Below the pieces are notes generated by a model, which ran no database searches, had not been told where the DNA came from, and saw nothing but the letters and a program-made list of their open reading frames with translations. From positions 810-64,809 of the forward strand of contig JAGRHQ010000001.1 of NCBI GenBank assembly GCA_020444905.1: DNA of 64,000 nucleotides, given 5' to 3'. Positions 28,501 to 36,007 of the stretch are shown piece after piece; the stretch's first letter is position 1; every line of letters starts with the position of its first letter. This stretch comes from Candidatus Competibacteraceae bacterium (GTDB taxonomy: Bacteria > Pseudomonadota > Gammaproteobacteria > Competibacterales > Competibacteraceae). A program made the translations under genes and the position numbers.

Positions 28501-28946
28501 ATGTGACGTAACCTGATATTGGAATGCACGGCCTTGACGCCATCCTGGCGCAACAAAGCTCTCAAAGCAGCTGGAGAACGCACTCGGGCTGTAAACAGAG
28601 GCAAGTATTCGTAGTCGTTTTGTATGGTCAGCGCCTCTGCCGCCAGCGCGGCCAAAGCTCTCTCTTTTTGCCGCCGATAACTTCGCGCGCGCTCGGCCAC
28701 AATGGCGGCGTCCTCGTAGCGTAATCCAGCGAGTCGCTTGTGCTCCGCAGCCATGTTCGCCGCTTCGGTCTGGTCAAACTCGACGATGACCTCGATGGCG
28801 TGACCCTGATTGAGCGCCGCACGATCTTCGGGCGATAAGTCTTCGATGGTGGGCGTCTCCGCCCATGCCGTAACGACCGTTAAGGCCAGAATGACGGCCA
28901 GCAGTCTGCTCCACAGCGCCGTCGTTGGGGGTTGATGATGTCCCAT
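25569..28946 (-). CDS. Secreted multidomain S8 subtilisin-like serine protease (1125 aa)
   Basis: Signal peptide ...VVTAWA/E, an I9-like propeptide, and the catalytic triad VAVLDTG (D178), DHGTN (H218) and SGTSQATPHVAG (S382). Downstream are two copies of a Cys-rich InlB-B-repeat-like module plus a ~135-aa module, a CARDB-like domain and a DUF4214-like C-terminus. RBS GGAGG. Confidence 0.9.
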   Translation of the reverse strand: MGHHQPPTTALWSRLLAVILALTVVTAWAETPTIEDLSPEDRAALNQGHAIEVIVEFDQTEAANMAAEHKRLAGLRYEDAAIVAERARSYRRQKERALAALAAEALTIQNDYEYLPLFTARVRSPAALRALLRQDGVKAVHSNIRLRHMLRESLPLIRQPEVIAQGGGGAGATVAVLDTGVDYSKQDFGSCAAPGGVCKVVYAQDFAPDDGALDDNDHGTNVAGIVLGVAPSARIAALDVFRSDGFAYSNDIIDAINWAIANRDTYNIVAMNLSLGGGESSSPCANDLFATPIANARAAGILAAIASGNENLKDALGSPACVPAAVSVGAVYDSAQGNRSWGDCADRPTQADQVTCFSNSASFLTLLAPGSTITAAGISMSGTSQATPHVAGAIAVLRAAYPNESLDATIARLTNTGVPVTDAANGVTKPRIDLFSAFTANRTAYPLTVDKAGAGSGTVSSNPAGINCGNQCQAEFAEGTTVNLTAIPDTGSVFDGWSGACTGTAACAVSMDGARNVTAAFTAVSALSLGEALDNTTLNWNTTGAAGWQGVQLSNRDAARSGAIGDDQRSVLQTSITGPGTLTFQWRVSSELDFDFVEFQVDGVTQFEISGIQGWETRTVTIGAGVHQAQWIYRKDGSVSEGEDAGWVDAVTFTPTQSNQPNLTVTQVISPANGMPGGTIEVSAAVTNQGDVAAGSFWLAFLLSSDAAIAPGDVDTGWGCTFNEGLAGGATNTCSGEIVIPSTLAPGTYYLGAYADFRSEVTESDETNNGLPADNVIAIANSVSSLVVTRTGTGAGKVSSNPVGIDCGSQCNVNFPTGAVVTLTAVPDPGSTFIGWNGDCAASAGSCLITLDTDRNATAIFSTTASAEVFPRNGVWPVGWTTPVTSSVDWSLASDWAEEGRYSLRSGAIRDNQQSQVEISGNFQAGVVSFTFYISSEIDYDWLTFSIDGIEQNGWSGEGQRSVSFPLTAGFHTLRWAYEKDESVALGSDAAWIDSVSLPVVSSGDAATTLITHYYVSILRRQPEPDGLVFWQQLIAEKRAQGLDVKPVFRDMASFFFNSSEYLNRNTSNVEFITNLYLTFFQREPEAGGLTFWLEQLASGVTRNEAMAGFLFSQEFTDFMRALGL
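25950..26594 (-). repeat. Intragenic duplicated module pair, copy 2 (subtilase aa ~785-999)
   Basis: SLVVTRTGTGAGKVSSNPVGIDCGSQCNVNFPTGAVVTLTAVPDPGSTFIGWNGDC... followed by ...SGAIRDNQQSQVEISGNFQAGVVSFTFYISSEIDYDWLTFSIDG...HTLRWAYEKDESVALGSDAAWIDSV. It is collinear with copy 1 at the protein level. Confidence 0.8.
26982..27614 (-). repeat. Intragenic duplicated module pair, copy 1 (subtilase aa ~445-655)
   Basis: YPLTVDKAGAGSGTVSSNPAGINCGNQCQAEFAEGTTVNLTAIPDTGSVFDGWSGAC... followed by ...SGAIGDDQRSVLQTSITGPGTLTFQWRVSSELDFDFVEFQVDG...HQAQWIYRKDGSVSEGEDAGWVDAV. Confidence 0.8.
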
Positions 28947-29068
28947 AAGTCATTTCCTCCAGCTTCAAAATCAAATATCAATGATTCAGACAATTCAGGA
29001 CCGGCTATGCCATCAATCAGCAAAAATTTAATTAATGCATTAGGTTTGCCAAACTGCTTCAGACAAGC

Positions 29069-29111
29069 GGTGGAGATGAGCGTGAGTGGTGGAGATGAGC
29101 GTGGGTATAAT
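29069..29111 (+). promoter_or_regulatory. Tandem 16-bp direct repeat (GGTGGAGATGAGCGTG x2, 19-bp period) abutting a TATAAT -10 box upstream of ratA
   Basis: The copies are at 29069-29084 and 29088-29103. TATAAT is at 29106-29111, so the second copy occupies the spacer/-35 position. Confidence 0.4.
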
Positions 29112-29221
29112 TGGCTTCATCCTACCCCGCACACACGATGCTTGAGGATCAACACGGATTCAATCAAACTGGCGTTCAAGAGTCCAATCCCCGAACGATA
29201 AGACCCCGTAATGGAGATTGA

Positions 29222-29662
29222 ATGGTGGCGACGGTCAAAAAAAGCGCGCTGGTGATGTATTCAGCGGCGGAAATGTATAACCTGGTCAATGATATCGAAA
29301 GCTACCCCCAATTCCTGCCCTGGTGTCGCTCCGCTCATGTCGCCCCATGCGGCGAGGATGCGCTGCGGGCGACGATTGAAATGGCCAAGGGCGGTGTGCA
29401 TAAGACCTTTACGACCAGCAACCGGATGCAGAAATACAAAATGATCGACATCCGCTTGTTGGAAGGCCCTTTCCAGCGTCTGGAAGGCTATTGGCGCTTT
29501 GAACCCTTACGCGCCGACGCCTGCAAGGTATCGCTGGATATGGAATTCGAGTTTTCCAACGCCTTGGTGCGCAAGGTTGTTGAACCCGTCTTCAAGCAAA
29601 TCGCCAATTCGCTGGTAGATGCTTTCTGCAAACGGGCGGTTGATTTATATGGCAAAAGATAA
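29222..29662 (+). CDS. ratA: SRPBCC-fold ribosome-association toxin RatA (YfjG/CoQ10-like)
   Basis: MVATVKKSALVMYSAAEMYNLVNDIESYPQFLPWC...FEFSNALV... 146 aa. RBS GGAG. It is followed by an overlapping rnfH, as in other gammaproteobacteria. Confidence 0.88.
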   Translation: MVATVKKSALVMYSAAEMYNLVNDIESYPQFLPWCRSAHVAPCGEDALRATIEMAKGGVHKTFTTSNRMQKYKMIDIRLLEGPFQRLEGYWRFEPLRADACKVSLDMEFEFSNALVRKVVEPVFKQIANSLVDAFCKRAVDLYGKR

Positions 29663-29996
29663 TCTTCCCAATCCAGCGACGATCCGGGCTGAAGTCGCTT
29701 ATGCCCGGCCCGATCGGCAGGTGATTATCCCGGTCGAATTGCTGGAGGGCGCCACTCTGGAGCAGGCGATCGTTCAGTCACGGATTCAGGAGCAGTTTTC
29801 GGAGATTCAACTCCAGACTGTCAAGGTCGGCGTCTTCGGCAAGCTCAGCAAATTGTCAGCGCCCGTCCGTACCGGCGACCGGATCGAAATTTACCGTCCC
29901 TTGCTGGCTGATCCCAAGGAAGTGCGCAAGAAACGCGCTGCCGAAGGCAAGCGGATGCGCCGGGGCGGCGGCGATCTGGAGCCGGAAAACGGTTAG
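29649..29996 (+). CDS. rnfH: RnfH-family ubiquitin-like protein (YfjF/RatB)
   Basis: Trimmed to ATG 29649: MAKDNLPNPATIRAEVAYARPDRQVIIPVEL...VGVFGKL...GDRIEIYRPLLADPKEVRKKRA. It overlaps the ratA 3' end by 14 nt. Confidence 0.85.
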   Translation: MAKDNLPNPATIRAEVAYARPDRQVIIPVELLEGATLEQAIVQSRIQEQFSEIQLQTVKVGVFGKLSKLSAPVRTGDRIEIYRPLLADPKEVRKKRAAEGKRMRRGGGDLEPENG

Positions 29997-29999
29997 TCG

Positions 30000-30323
30000 T
30001 CAATCTTCAGCGTCAATGCGATCCAGCGCATCGCCGCTGAAAAACAGAGTAACGCGCTGTTGCTCGGCAATTTTGTTGCCCTTGCCGTATTGATAGTAGT
30101 AATCCCAGCGATTCTGATGAAAGGGATCAGTGACCAAAGGCGTTCCCATAATGCGCTGAACCTGCTGCCGGGTCATGCCGGGGCGCAACTCAGTAACGAG
30201 CGCTGGGTCAATGTAATTGCCCTGACGAACCGGGACGGTGTAGAAGCTGGGAACGAACGATTCACAACCAGCCATCAGCGTCAGAAGCAAGACGATGGTG
30301 GCGCGCAGGGAAAGATCAGACAT
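30000..30323 (-). CDS. bamE: Outer-membrane protein assembly factor BamE (SmpA/OmlA lipoprotein)
   Basis: Lipobox LLTLMAGC, then VRQGNYIDPALVTELRPGMTRQQVQRIMGTPLVTDPFHQNRWDYYY. It is divergent from fur, as in Pseudomonas. Confidence 0.9.
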   Translation of the reverse strand: MSDLSLRATIVLLLTLMAGCESFVPSFYTVPVRQGNYIDPALVTELRPGMTRQQVQRIMGTPLVTDPFHQNRWDYYYQYGKGNKIAEQQRVTLFFSGDALDRIDAED

Positions 30324-30415
30324 GGAAAACAGGATCCGGGTTGCTGATGAACGAGAATCACATCATAACGTACAACGGCAACGGGTGGGTAAGCGAAATC
30401 CCGGGAGAATTCCGC

Positions 30416-30850
30416 ATGGGGTCTAAAGAACTCAAGCAGGCCGGCCTGAAGGTCACCCTGCCGCGCATCAAAATCCTCAATATGTTGCAACATCCAGGCA
30501 ATACGCACCTGACCGTGGATGCCATTCACCAATCACTGGCCGATTCCGGCGAGGAGATCGGTTTGGCGACCGTGTATCGGGTGCTTACCCAGTTTGAAGC
30601 GGCTGGCCTGGTCAAGCGTCATCACTTTGAGAGTGGCCAGTCCGTGTTCGAACTCGATCAGGGGGTGCATCACGATCATATTCTGTGCCTGGAATGCGGA
30701 CGGATTGAGGAATTTTGTGACCAGGAAATCGAGCGGCGACAGAAGGCTATCGCACAACAGCTCGGTTTTGAACTGGCTGAGCATCGGCTGATTCTTTACG
30801 GTCACTGCGTCCGTGCGGAGTGTCCCCATCGTCCGGCGGATGAGGGTTGA
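30416..30850 (+). CDS. fur: Ferric uptake regulator Fur
   Basis: Trimmed to ATG 30416: MGSKELKQAGLKVTLPRIKILNMLQ..., ATVYRVLTQFEAAGLV, HHDHILCLECGRIEEF. Confidence 0.92.
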   Translation: MGSKELKQAGLKVTLPRIKILNMLQHPGNTHLTVDAIHQSLADSGEEIGLATVYRVLTQFEAAGLVKRHHFESGQSVFELDQGVHHDHILCLECGRIEEFCDQEIERRQKAIAQQLGFELAEHRLILYGHCVRAECPHRPADEG

Positions 30851-31013
30851 AAAAACGCCTTCTCCCTCCTTCGGGATAAGGCTCCCGCTTTGAACAGCCT
30901 GGAGATTTCAGCCTCCGCTATGGAATGTCGCTCCAAACACACCTTGCCTTGTCTGCGACTTGTCCGTATCTTTGCGCGCTTGTTTTCACTACTCCCCACA
31001 GGAGCGCATCGCC

Positions 31014-31997
31014 GTGTCGAGTCAGGATCAGCACATCATGTTCATTTTTCCCGGACAGGGCTCCCAGTATGTTGGCATGGGCAGCGACTTGATCCGCGAT
31101 TTTCCATCCGCCCGGCAACTCTACGAGCAGGCCAACGATATTCTGGGCTACGATCTTGTCAAACTTTGCCAAGAAGGACCGGAAGAAGAACTCAAGCTGA
31201 CCCGCTACACACAACCCGCCCTGTTGGTTCATTCGCTGGCCTGTTTAAGCATCTTCCATGAGTTAACCGATCACCAAGTGCAACCTGTGCTGGCCGCCGG
31301 CCATAGCCTGGGCGAATACTGCGCGCTGGTCGCCGCTGGGGCTTTGAGCTTTGATACAGCCTTGCGATTGGTGCAAAAGCGCGGCGAATGCATGGGCGAC
31401 TACGGCAACGGCGAAATGCTAGCCTTTCCCCTGCACTTGGATAACATTGGCCCGTTGGCTGAAAAACACTATTGTGTAATCGCCGCGCGTAATCTGCTCG
31501 ATCAAATCGTGGTCGGCGGACTGAGCGAAGATTTGGATCGATTAACCGAAGATGCGCATACGCATTTCCCGCGCAAGCGGCCCACCCGCCTCAAGACCGA
31601 AGGCGCGTTTCACACCTTCTATATGATTACTGCGGCCCTGCATTTCCGTCCAGCGCTGGATAGCGCCGAGATGAACGTCCCAACCATTCGCGTTCTGTCC
31701 AACAATACCGGCGCTTACCATGACCCCGATCCGGCGGCCATCAAGACCCGGCTTTTCTTCCAATTGTTCCATCCGGTCCATTGGATCGATAATCTGGAAA
31801 CGGCTTTTCACGATGGCGTCACTTGCATTGTCGAGTTTGGCGGCGGTCTGGGCAGTGGCCCGAATCCCGAAGACAAGCGCCCCAATCTGGAAAGCATGAT
31901 CAAAAAGGCGTTGCGCGGCTCGGATTTCAGCGCCCACTATCATGCCGCCATCAACAGTCAAACCCTGCGGGAAACTGCGCAGGCCCTGTGCTCGTAA
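31014..31997 (+). CDS. Orphan FabD-like acyl-CoA:ACP transacylase (malonyl transferase fold)
   Basis: FIFPGQGSQYVGMG, active-site GHSLGEY, RG in VQKRGECM, and GAFHT. The start was trimmed to GTG 31014, which has AGGAG 9 nt upstream. No fabH/fabG/acpP neighbours are present. Confidence 0.75.
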   Translation: MSSQDQHIMFIFPGQGSQYVGMGSDLIRDFPSARQLYEQANDILGYDLVKLCQEGPEEELKLTRYTQPALLVHSLACLSIFHELTDHQVQPVLAAGHSLGEYCALVAAGALSFDTALRLVQKRGECMGDYGNGEMLAFPLHLDNIGPLAEKHYCVIAARNLLDQIVVGGLSEDLDRLTEDAHTHFPRKRPTRLKTEGAFHTFYMITAALHFRPALDSAEMNVPTIRVLSNNTGAYHDPDPAAIKTRLFFQLFHPVHWIDNLETAFHDGVTCIVEFGGGLGSGPNPEDKRPNLESMIKKALRGSDFSAHYHAAINSQTLRETAQALCS

Positions 31998-32265
31998 ATT
32001 CCCCGATGACACAGGACAGGCATTCACATTTCAACAACGCTGGCTCTCGCGTTTGTCGGGATTTCAGCTACCCTATATCAAAATGTTTGGCTGGAACGGG
32101 TCAGCGTGGATGGCGGTGAATGCTCTGCCATCATCAGCGCCTTGCCCAGGCCGTTCCCCCGCGTCTCACTGAAGAAAGATAACCAGCCCCGCGCGGCCCG
32201 AGCGCGGGACGCGGATTATTGACCGTCAATTTGTCGATCGACTTGAACCATCACGAGGACCGTTC

Positions 32266-33816
32266 ATGCTCTCCGAAAAACAGCTTGAAATTTTGCGGGA
32301 ACGCCGCGCCAAAGTATTAGCCGGCGGCGGCGAGGACAAACTCCAGGAGCGACACGCCAAGGGTCTGATGGGCGCCCGCGAACGCTTGCTGGCCCTGTTT
32401 CAGCCGGACACCTTCCAGGAAATCGCAACTCACGCCAAACACGCCGCTAAGCATTTTGGCCTGGCCGACAAGGAACTGCCCTCCGACGGCGTGATTGTCG
32501 GCACCGGCTTTGTTGACGGCCGGCCTGTCGCCGCGTTCAGTCAGGACTTCACGGTCATGGGCGGCACTCTGGGGAAGATGCACGCCAAGAAGATCGTGCA
32601 GTCCATGCAACTGGCGTTGAAAATCGGTGTCCCGGTAGTGGCTTTCAAGGACTCCGCCGGCGCGCGTATTCAGGAGGCGGTCGACGCGCTATCCGGTTAC
32701 GGTGAAGTGTTTTACCAGAACGTACTGCTTTCAGGCGTAGTGCCGCAAATCGCTATCATCGCCGGTCCCTGCGCGGGCGGCGCGTCGTACTCGCCGGCCC
32801 TGATGGATTACATCATCATGACCAAGCAGAACGCCTATATGTTTATCACCGGCCCCGAGGTAATCAAGGCGGTCACCGGTCGCACGACCAGTCTGGACGA
32901 AGTCGGTAGCGCCCAGATGCACGCCACCGTCAGCGGCAACGTGCATTTTGTCGCCGACGATGACCGCCACGCCATCCAGATCGCCAAGGCCCTGCTCAGC
33001 TATTTGCCTTCCAACAACACCGAGGACCCGCCGCATCGGCCCTATCCCGATCTCGATCTGTCCTCAGATGAAGGCATCAATGCGCTGATCCCAGAGACCT
33101 CCTCGGAACCCATGGACGTGCAACCGGTCATCAAGCGTCTGGTGGATAATGGTCAGTTCCTGGAAGTCCACGCCGGTTGGGCGGGCAACATCGTGGTCGG
33201 TTTCGCTCGCATCCAGGGGATTGTTGTCGGCGTCCTCGCCAATCAGTCAATGGTCAAAGCCGGGGCCATGGATATCGACTCTTCCGATAAGGGCGCCCGG
33301 TTCATCCGGTTCTGCAACGCCTTTAACATCCCCCTGGTGACGCTGGTCGATGTACCCGGCTTCCTGCCCGGCATCGAGCAAGAGCGCGGCGGCATTATCC
33401 GCCACGGCGCGAAGATGCTCTACACCTACGCATCAGCGACCGTACCCAAGATTACCATCATCCTGCGTAAAGCTTACGGCGGCTCCTATCTGGCGATGTG
33501 CGCCCAGGAAATGGGCGCCGATCTCGTGTTCGCCTGGCCCACCGCTGAAATCGCGGTAATGGGCGCAGAAGGCGCGGTCAATATTCTCTATCGCAACGAA
33601 CTCAAGGCTGCCGAAGATCGCAAGGCCAAGGCGGCTGAGCTGGCGGCGGAATATCGGGCCAAGTTCGCCTCGCCGTACATGTCGGCCTCACGCGGCTACA
33701 TCACAGACGTGATTGAACCGGCTGACACCCGGGCCACGATTGCCCTGGCGCTGCGCAAGTTGCTGACCAAGCGTGAACTGCGGCCCGCCAAGAAACATGG
33801 CGACATCCCGCTTTAA
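32266..33816 (+). CDS. Acyl-CoA carboxyltransferase, alpha subunit of a Na+-translocating (methylmalonyl-CoA-type) decarboxylase
   Basis: 516 aa and a paralogue of pccB in this window: FSQDFTVMGGTLG, FKDSAGARIQEAV, GPCAGGASYSPA. It is followed by delta, biotin-carrier and beta subunit genes. Confidence 0.8.
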   Translation: MLSEKQLEILRERRAKVLAGGGEDKLQERHAKGLMGARERLLALFQPDTFQEIATHAKHAAKHFGLADKELPSDGVIVGTGFVDGRPVAAFSQDFTVMGGTLGKMHAKKIVQSMQLALKIGVPVVAFKDSAGARIQEAVDALSGYGEVFYQNVLLSGVVPQIAIIAGPCAGGASYSPALMDYIIMTKQNAYMFITGPEVIKAVTGRTTSLDEVGSAQMHATVSGNVHFVADDDRHAIQIAKALLSYLPSNNTEDPPHRPYPDLDLSSDEGINALIPETSSEPMDVQPVIKRLVDNGQFLEVHAGWAGNIVVGFARIQGIVVGVLANQSMVKAGAMDIDSSDKGARFIRFCNAFNIPLVTLVDVPGFLPGIEQERGGIIRHGAKMLYTYASATVPKITIILRKAYGGSYLAMCAQEMGADLVFAWPTAEIAVMGAEGAVNILYRNELKAAEDRKAKAAELAAEYRAKFASPYMSASRGYITDVIEPADTRATIALALRKLLTKRELRPAKKHGDIPL

Positions 33817-33849
33817 TCGGCGCGCTGACCACTTAACGGAAATTTATCG

Positions 33850-34197
33850 ATGAACACCTACACTACGATGGACGCCATTGGCGACATCCTCGTGATCTAC
33901 GGCATCGTGATCGTCGTCTCGATGCTGGTTGCTCTGGTTATTCGCGGCATTGTTTGGGCCTTATCGCAACAAACGACCGCGCCTGCGCCCGCGACCGCAG
34001 CCAAACCGGTTGCGCCGCCGCAACCGGTGGCGGTCGCCGGTATTTCACCGGAACACCTGGCGGTGATCACAGCGGCGGTCGCAGCGATGTTTGGCGCACA
34101 CCGCATTGTCCGTATTGAAGCGCCCGCCCGAGGCTACAGTTGGACTGCCGAAGCGCGCTCGGTTCATCACACATCGCACGCGCCACGCTCCCGTTGA
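33850..34197 (+). CDS. OadG/MmdD-like small membrane subunit of the decarboxylase
   Basis: A single N-terminal TM segment (ILVIYGIVIVVSMLVALVIRGIV), an Ala/Pro linker, and the conserved SPEHLAVITAAVAAM segment. Confidence 0.65.
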   Translation: MNTYTTMDAIGDILVIYGIVIVVSMLVALVIRGIVWALSQQTTAPAPATAAKPVAPPQPVAVAGISPEHLAVITAAVAAMFGAHRIVRIEAPARGYSWTAEARSVHHTSHAPRSR

Positions 34198-34256
34198 TTT
34201 CACCCGAATGATTTTCAATCGCCCTATCCCTTACCCTTTCCTGCGAGAAAACATCC

Positions 34257-34658
34257 ATGGAGAAGAAATTCCGTATCACTGTTGAAGGCAAACAGTACAT
34301 TGTTGCCGTCGAAGACCTTTCAACTGAAGGCGCTCAGAGTTTGTACCCGGAACCCGGCAGCATGAGCGTCGCGCCACAACCGGCAGCGCCGGTGCCGACT
34401 GCACCGCCACCCGCCGCTGCACCGACGCCTGGAGCATCTGCTGGTCCGGGCGACGAGGTCGCGCCGCTGGGCGGCGTGGTGCAAACCGTACATGTCAGCG
34501 TCGGTCAGGCGGTCAGCGAAGGCGACAAACTGGTCTCCCTGGAAGCCATGAAAATGGTGACCCACGTCGTCGCCCGGCATGGCGGCAAAGTAACCCATGT
34601 CGCAGTCAAGCCGGGCGATCCGGTGGATGCCGGACAGGTCTTGTTAACCATCGGCTGA
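34257..34658 (+). CDS. Biotin carboxyl carrier subunit of the decarboxylase
   Basis: Ala/Pro-rich linker, then the biotinyl domain with LEAMKMVTHV. 133 aa. Confidence 0.85.
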   Translation: MEKKFRITVEGKQYIVAVEDLSTEGAQSLYPEPGSMSVAPQPAAPVPTAPPPAAAPTPGASAGPGDEVAPLGGVVQTVHVSVGQAVSEGDKLVSLEAMKMVTHVVARHGGKVTHVAVKPGDPVDAGQVLLTIG

Positions 34659-34677
34659 TGGCCGGGAGCGTTCCATT

Positions 34678-35940
34678 ATGGAATCCCTGAATTTTCTCGA
34701 TATCTTCCAGGGCATTAACACCCTGGTGCAAGGGTTCTCCACGGATCCCAAGATCGCCTTTGGCCGTATTTTTCTCATGGCGCTGGGCGTCGTCCTGCTG
34801 TATCTGGGACGCAAGGGAGTGCTGGAAGCCCTGCTGATGATTCCCATGGGCCTGGGCATGGCTACCATTAATGCGGGCGTCATGTTCTTCTCGGCCTACG
34901 ATCCGGCGACCGGCATGAGCATCGCCGCTGGGCAGGCGCAACAGTTGCCTGGCACCCTGTTCGTCGCACCGCTGGCTTCGGACACGGGGGCGCTGGTCAA
35001 TATCCTGCAGATCAACTGGCTGCAACCGATCTACACGTTCATGTTCAGCAACGGTCTGATTGCCTGCCTGGTCTTCATGGGCATCGGTACGCTGCTGGAT
35101 GTGGGCTTCGTGATGGCCCGCCCCTTTCAGAGCATGTTCGTCGCCCTGTTCGCCGAATTGGGTACGGTCTTTGTATATCCAATTGCGGTAGCGCTGGGGC
35201 TGACGCCGGGGCAAGCAGCGGCGGTAGCGACCATCGGCGGCGCCGATGGGCCGATGGTGCTGTTCACCTCGCTGCAACTGGCGCGGGATTTATTCGTGCC
35301 GATTACGGTGGTGGCTTACCTGTATCTGGGGCTGACTTACGGTGGATATCCGTATCTGATTAAGCTGATGATTCCTGAGCGGCTTCGCGCATTACCGATG
35401 CCTATGGAGAAAACCAAACCGATCAGCTCCAATCAAAAGCTGGTGTTTGCCGTGATCGCCTGTGTGTTGCTCAGCCTGCTGTTTCCAGTCGCTTCGCCAT
35501 TGTTCCTGTCGTTGTTTATCGGGGTGGTGGTTCGGGAAAGCGAATTAACCTATTTCTTTGAACTCTTCTCGAACACCGTGCTCTACGCCTCGACATTCTT
35601 CCTGGGGCTGTTGCTCGGCGTCTTGTGTGAAGCCGGTACGATTCTAAATCCGATCGTGGTGAAACTGTTGCTGCTAGGCATCCTGGCGCTGCTGATTTCC
35701 GGGATTGGCGGCGTTATAGGCGGCTACGCGATGTATTACCTGTCCGGCAAGAAATACAACCCGGTGACCGGTATCGCTGGGGTGAGTTGTGTGCCTACCT
35801 GCGCCAAAGTCGCGCAGAAGTCGGTCGGTCCCGGAGTCGTCGTCCTACCGCATGCTCTTGGCGCCAGCATCAGCGGCGTCATTACCAGCGCGATCTTTGC
35901 GGCGACTTTCATTGCCCTCTTGTTGCCGAAAGGTTCATAG
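34678..35940 (+). CDS. Na+-translocating decarboxylase beta subunit (OadB/MmdB/GcdB family)
   Basis: 420-aa polytopic membrane protein with family-typical segments: GRIFLMALGVVLLYLG, IPMGLGM, TIGGADGP, GVSCVPTCAKVAQ. Confidence 0.85.
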   Translation: MESLNFLDIFQGINTLVQGFSTDPKIAFGRIFLMALGVVLLYLGRKGVLEALLMIPMGLGMATINAGVMFFSAYDPATGMSIAAGQAQQLPGTLFVAPLASDTGALVNILQINWLQPIYTFMFSNGLIACLVFMGIGTLLDVGFVMARPFQSMFVALFAELGTVFVYPIAVALGLTPGQAAAVATIGGADGPMVLFTSLQLARDLFVPITVVAYLYLGLTYGGYPYLIKLMIPERLRALPMPMEKTKPISSNQKLVFAVIACVLLSLLFPVASPLFLSLFIGVVVRESELTYFFELFSNTVLYASTFFLGLLLGVLCEAGTILNPIVVKLLLLGILALLISGIGGVIGGYAMYYLSGKKYNPVTGIAGVSCVPTCAKVAQKSVGPGVVVLPHALGASISGVITSAIFAATFIALLLPKGS

Positions 35941-35957
35941 CGGATTATCTTGAACCG

Positions 35958-35985
35958 AAAAAAGGCCGCAAACGCGGCCTTTTTT
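35958..35985. terminator. Bidirectional rho-independent terminator between the decarboxylase operon and the convergent protease gene
   Basis: AAAAAAGGCCGC-aaac-GCGGCCTTTTTT: perfect GC stem with flanking A- and T-runs. Confidence 0.85.
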
Positions 35986-36007
35986 ACATCTGCGCTGCTA
36001 CTCCAGG

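Noticed and set aside
29069-29103. Whether the tandem 16-mers could be a minimal CRISPR array or part of a mobile-element end
   Set aside because: Only two copies are present with a 3-bp spacer, and there are no cas genes or transposase. The position against a -10 box fits a regulatory site better.
30341-30415. Possible Fur box (GAGAATCACATCATAAC) upstream of fur, and the longer fur ORF starting at 30341
   Set aside because: Only about 8 of 13 positions match one half of the GATAATGATAATCATTATC consensus. The 25-aa N-terminal extension has no counterpart in Fur proteins, so the start was set at ATG 30416.
34606-35277. 223-aa minus-strand ORF rich in His, Gln, Arg and Asp
   Set aside because: It lies antisense to the Na+-decarboxylase beta-subunit gene and is a compositional artefact.
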